Under the pieces are notes generated by a model that saw only the letters and a list, made by a program, of their open reading frames with translations, was not told where the DNA came from and ran no database searches. DNA of 62,686 nt, filler included, from Chiloscyllium plagiosum (lineage: Eukaryota), in NCBI RefSeq assembly GCF_004010195.1. It is 3 parts of one record of this genome, joined end to end, with 100 filler letters (N's around TTAATTAATTAA, not from the genome) between each part and the next. Parts side by side here need not be neighbours in the genome. Positions count along the whole stretch, not along the records: positions 45,966 to 62,686 come from NC_057713.1; 2 more parts are not named here. One strand, 5' to 3'. Of this stretch, positions 62,288 to 62,686 are shown piece by piece (the stretch's first letter is position 1; the number at the start of each line of letters is the position of its first letter). Made by a program: the position numbers and the translations under genes.

Positions 62288-62686
62288 AGAACATAGAACA
62301 TAGAACAGTACAGCACAGAACAGGCCCTTCAGCCCACGATGTTGTGCTGACCACTGATCCTCGTGTATGCAACCTCAAATTTATGTGACCATATGCATGT
62401 CCAGTAGTCTCTTAAATGTCCCCAATGACCTTGCTTCCACAACTGCTGTTAGCAACGCATTCCATGCTCTCACAACTCTCTGTATAAAGAACCCGCCTCT
62501 GACATCCCCTCTATACTTTCCTCCAACCAGCTTAAAACTATGACCCGTTGTGTTAGTCATTTCTGCCCTGGAAAATAGTCTCTGGCTATCGACTCTATCT
62601 ATGCCTCTCATTATCTTGTATACCTCAATTAGGTCCCCTCTCCTCCTCCTCCTTTTCTCCAATGAAAAAAGTCCGAGCTCAGTCAA
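62288..62686 (-). mobile_element. CR1 LINE 3' end (continues beyond window)
   Basis: ORF LGLFSLEKRRRRRGDLIEVYKIMRG; (agaacat)n tail at 62288. Confidence 0.92.

Overview
Vertebrate genomic DNA, very probably from a shark or other cartilaginous fish (inferred from HE1-type V-SINEs, DeuSINE-like elements and abundant CR1/HER1-type LINEs). The only host gene I can support is a run of seven consecutive, phase-compatible coding exons of PKHD1L1 (fibrocystin-L, C-terminal part of the ectodomain) on the + strand between 4032 and 16740. I found no further exon in the remaining 46 kb, which contains two 100-nt scaffold gaps. The rest is dense, often nested transposon debris: CR1 and RTE LINEs, SINEs, solo LTRs with TSDs, Gypsy pol remnants and Tc1/mariner-pogo-like DNA elements. 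The most interesting signal is a set of about a dozen short Penelope-like-element (PLE) derived insertions in three sequence families. They carry, intact or decayed, a minimal hammerhead-ribozyme core (CUGANGA-N-stem II-GAAAC-GUC). Several are head-to-head hairpins with 10-15 bp target-site duplications, and two are physically joined to GIY-YIG endonuclease C-terminal remnants. Exon boundaries, TSDs and ribozyme cores were counted by hand; ends of decayed repeats are approximate. Family names come from recognition, not from a database search.
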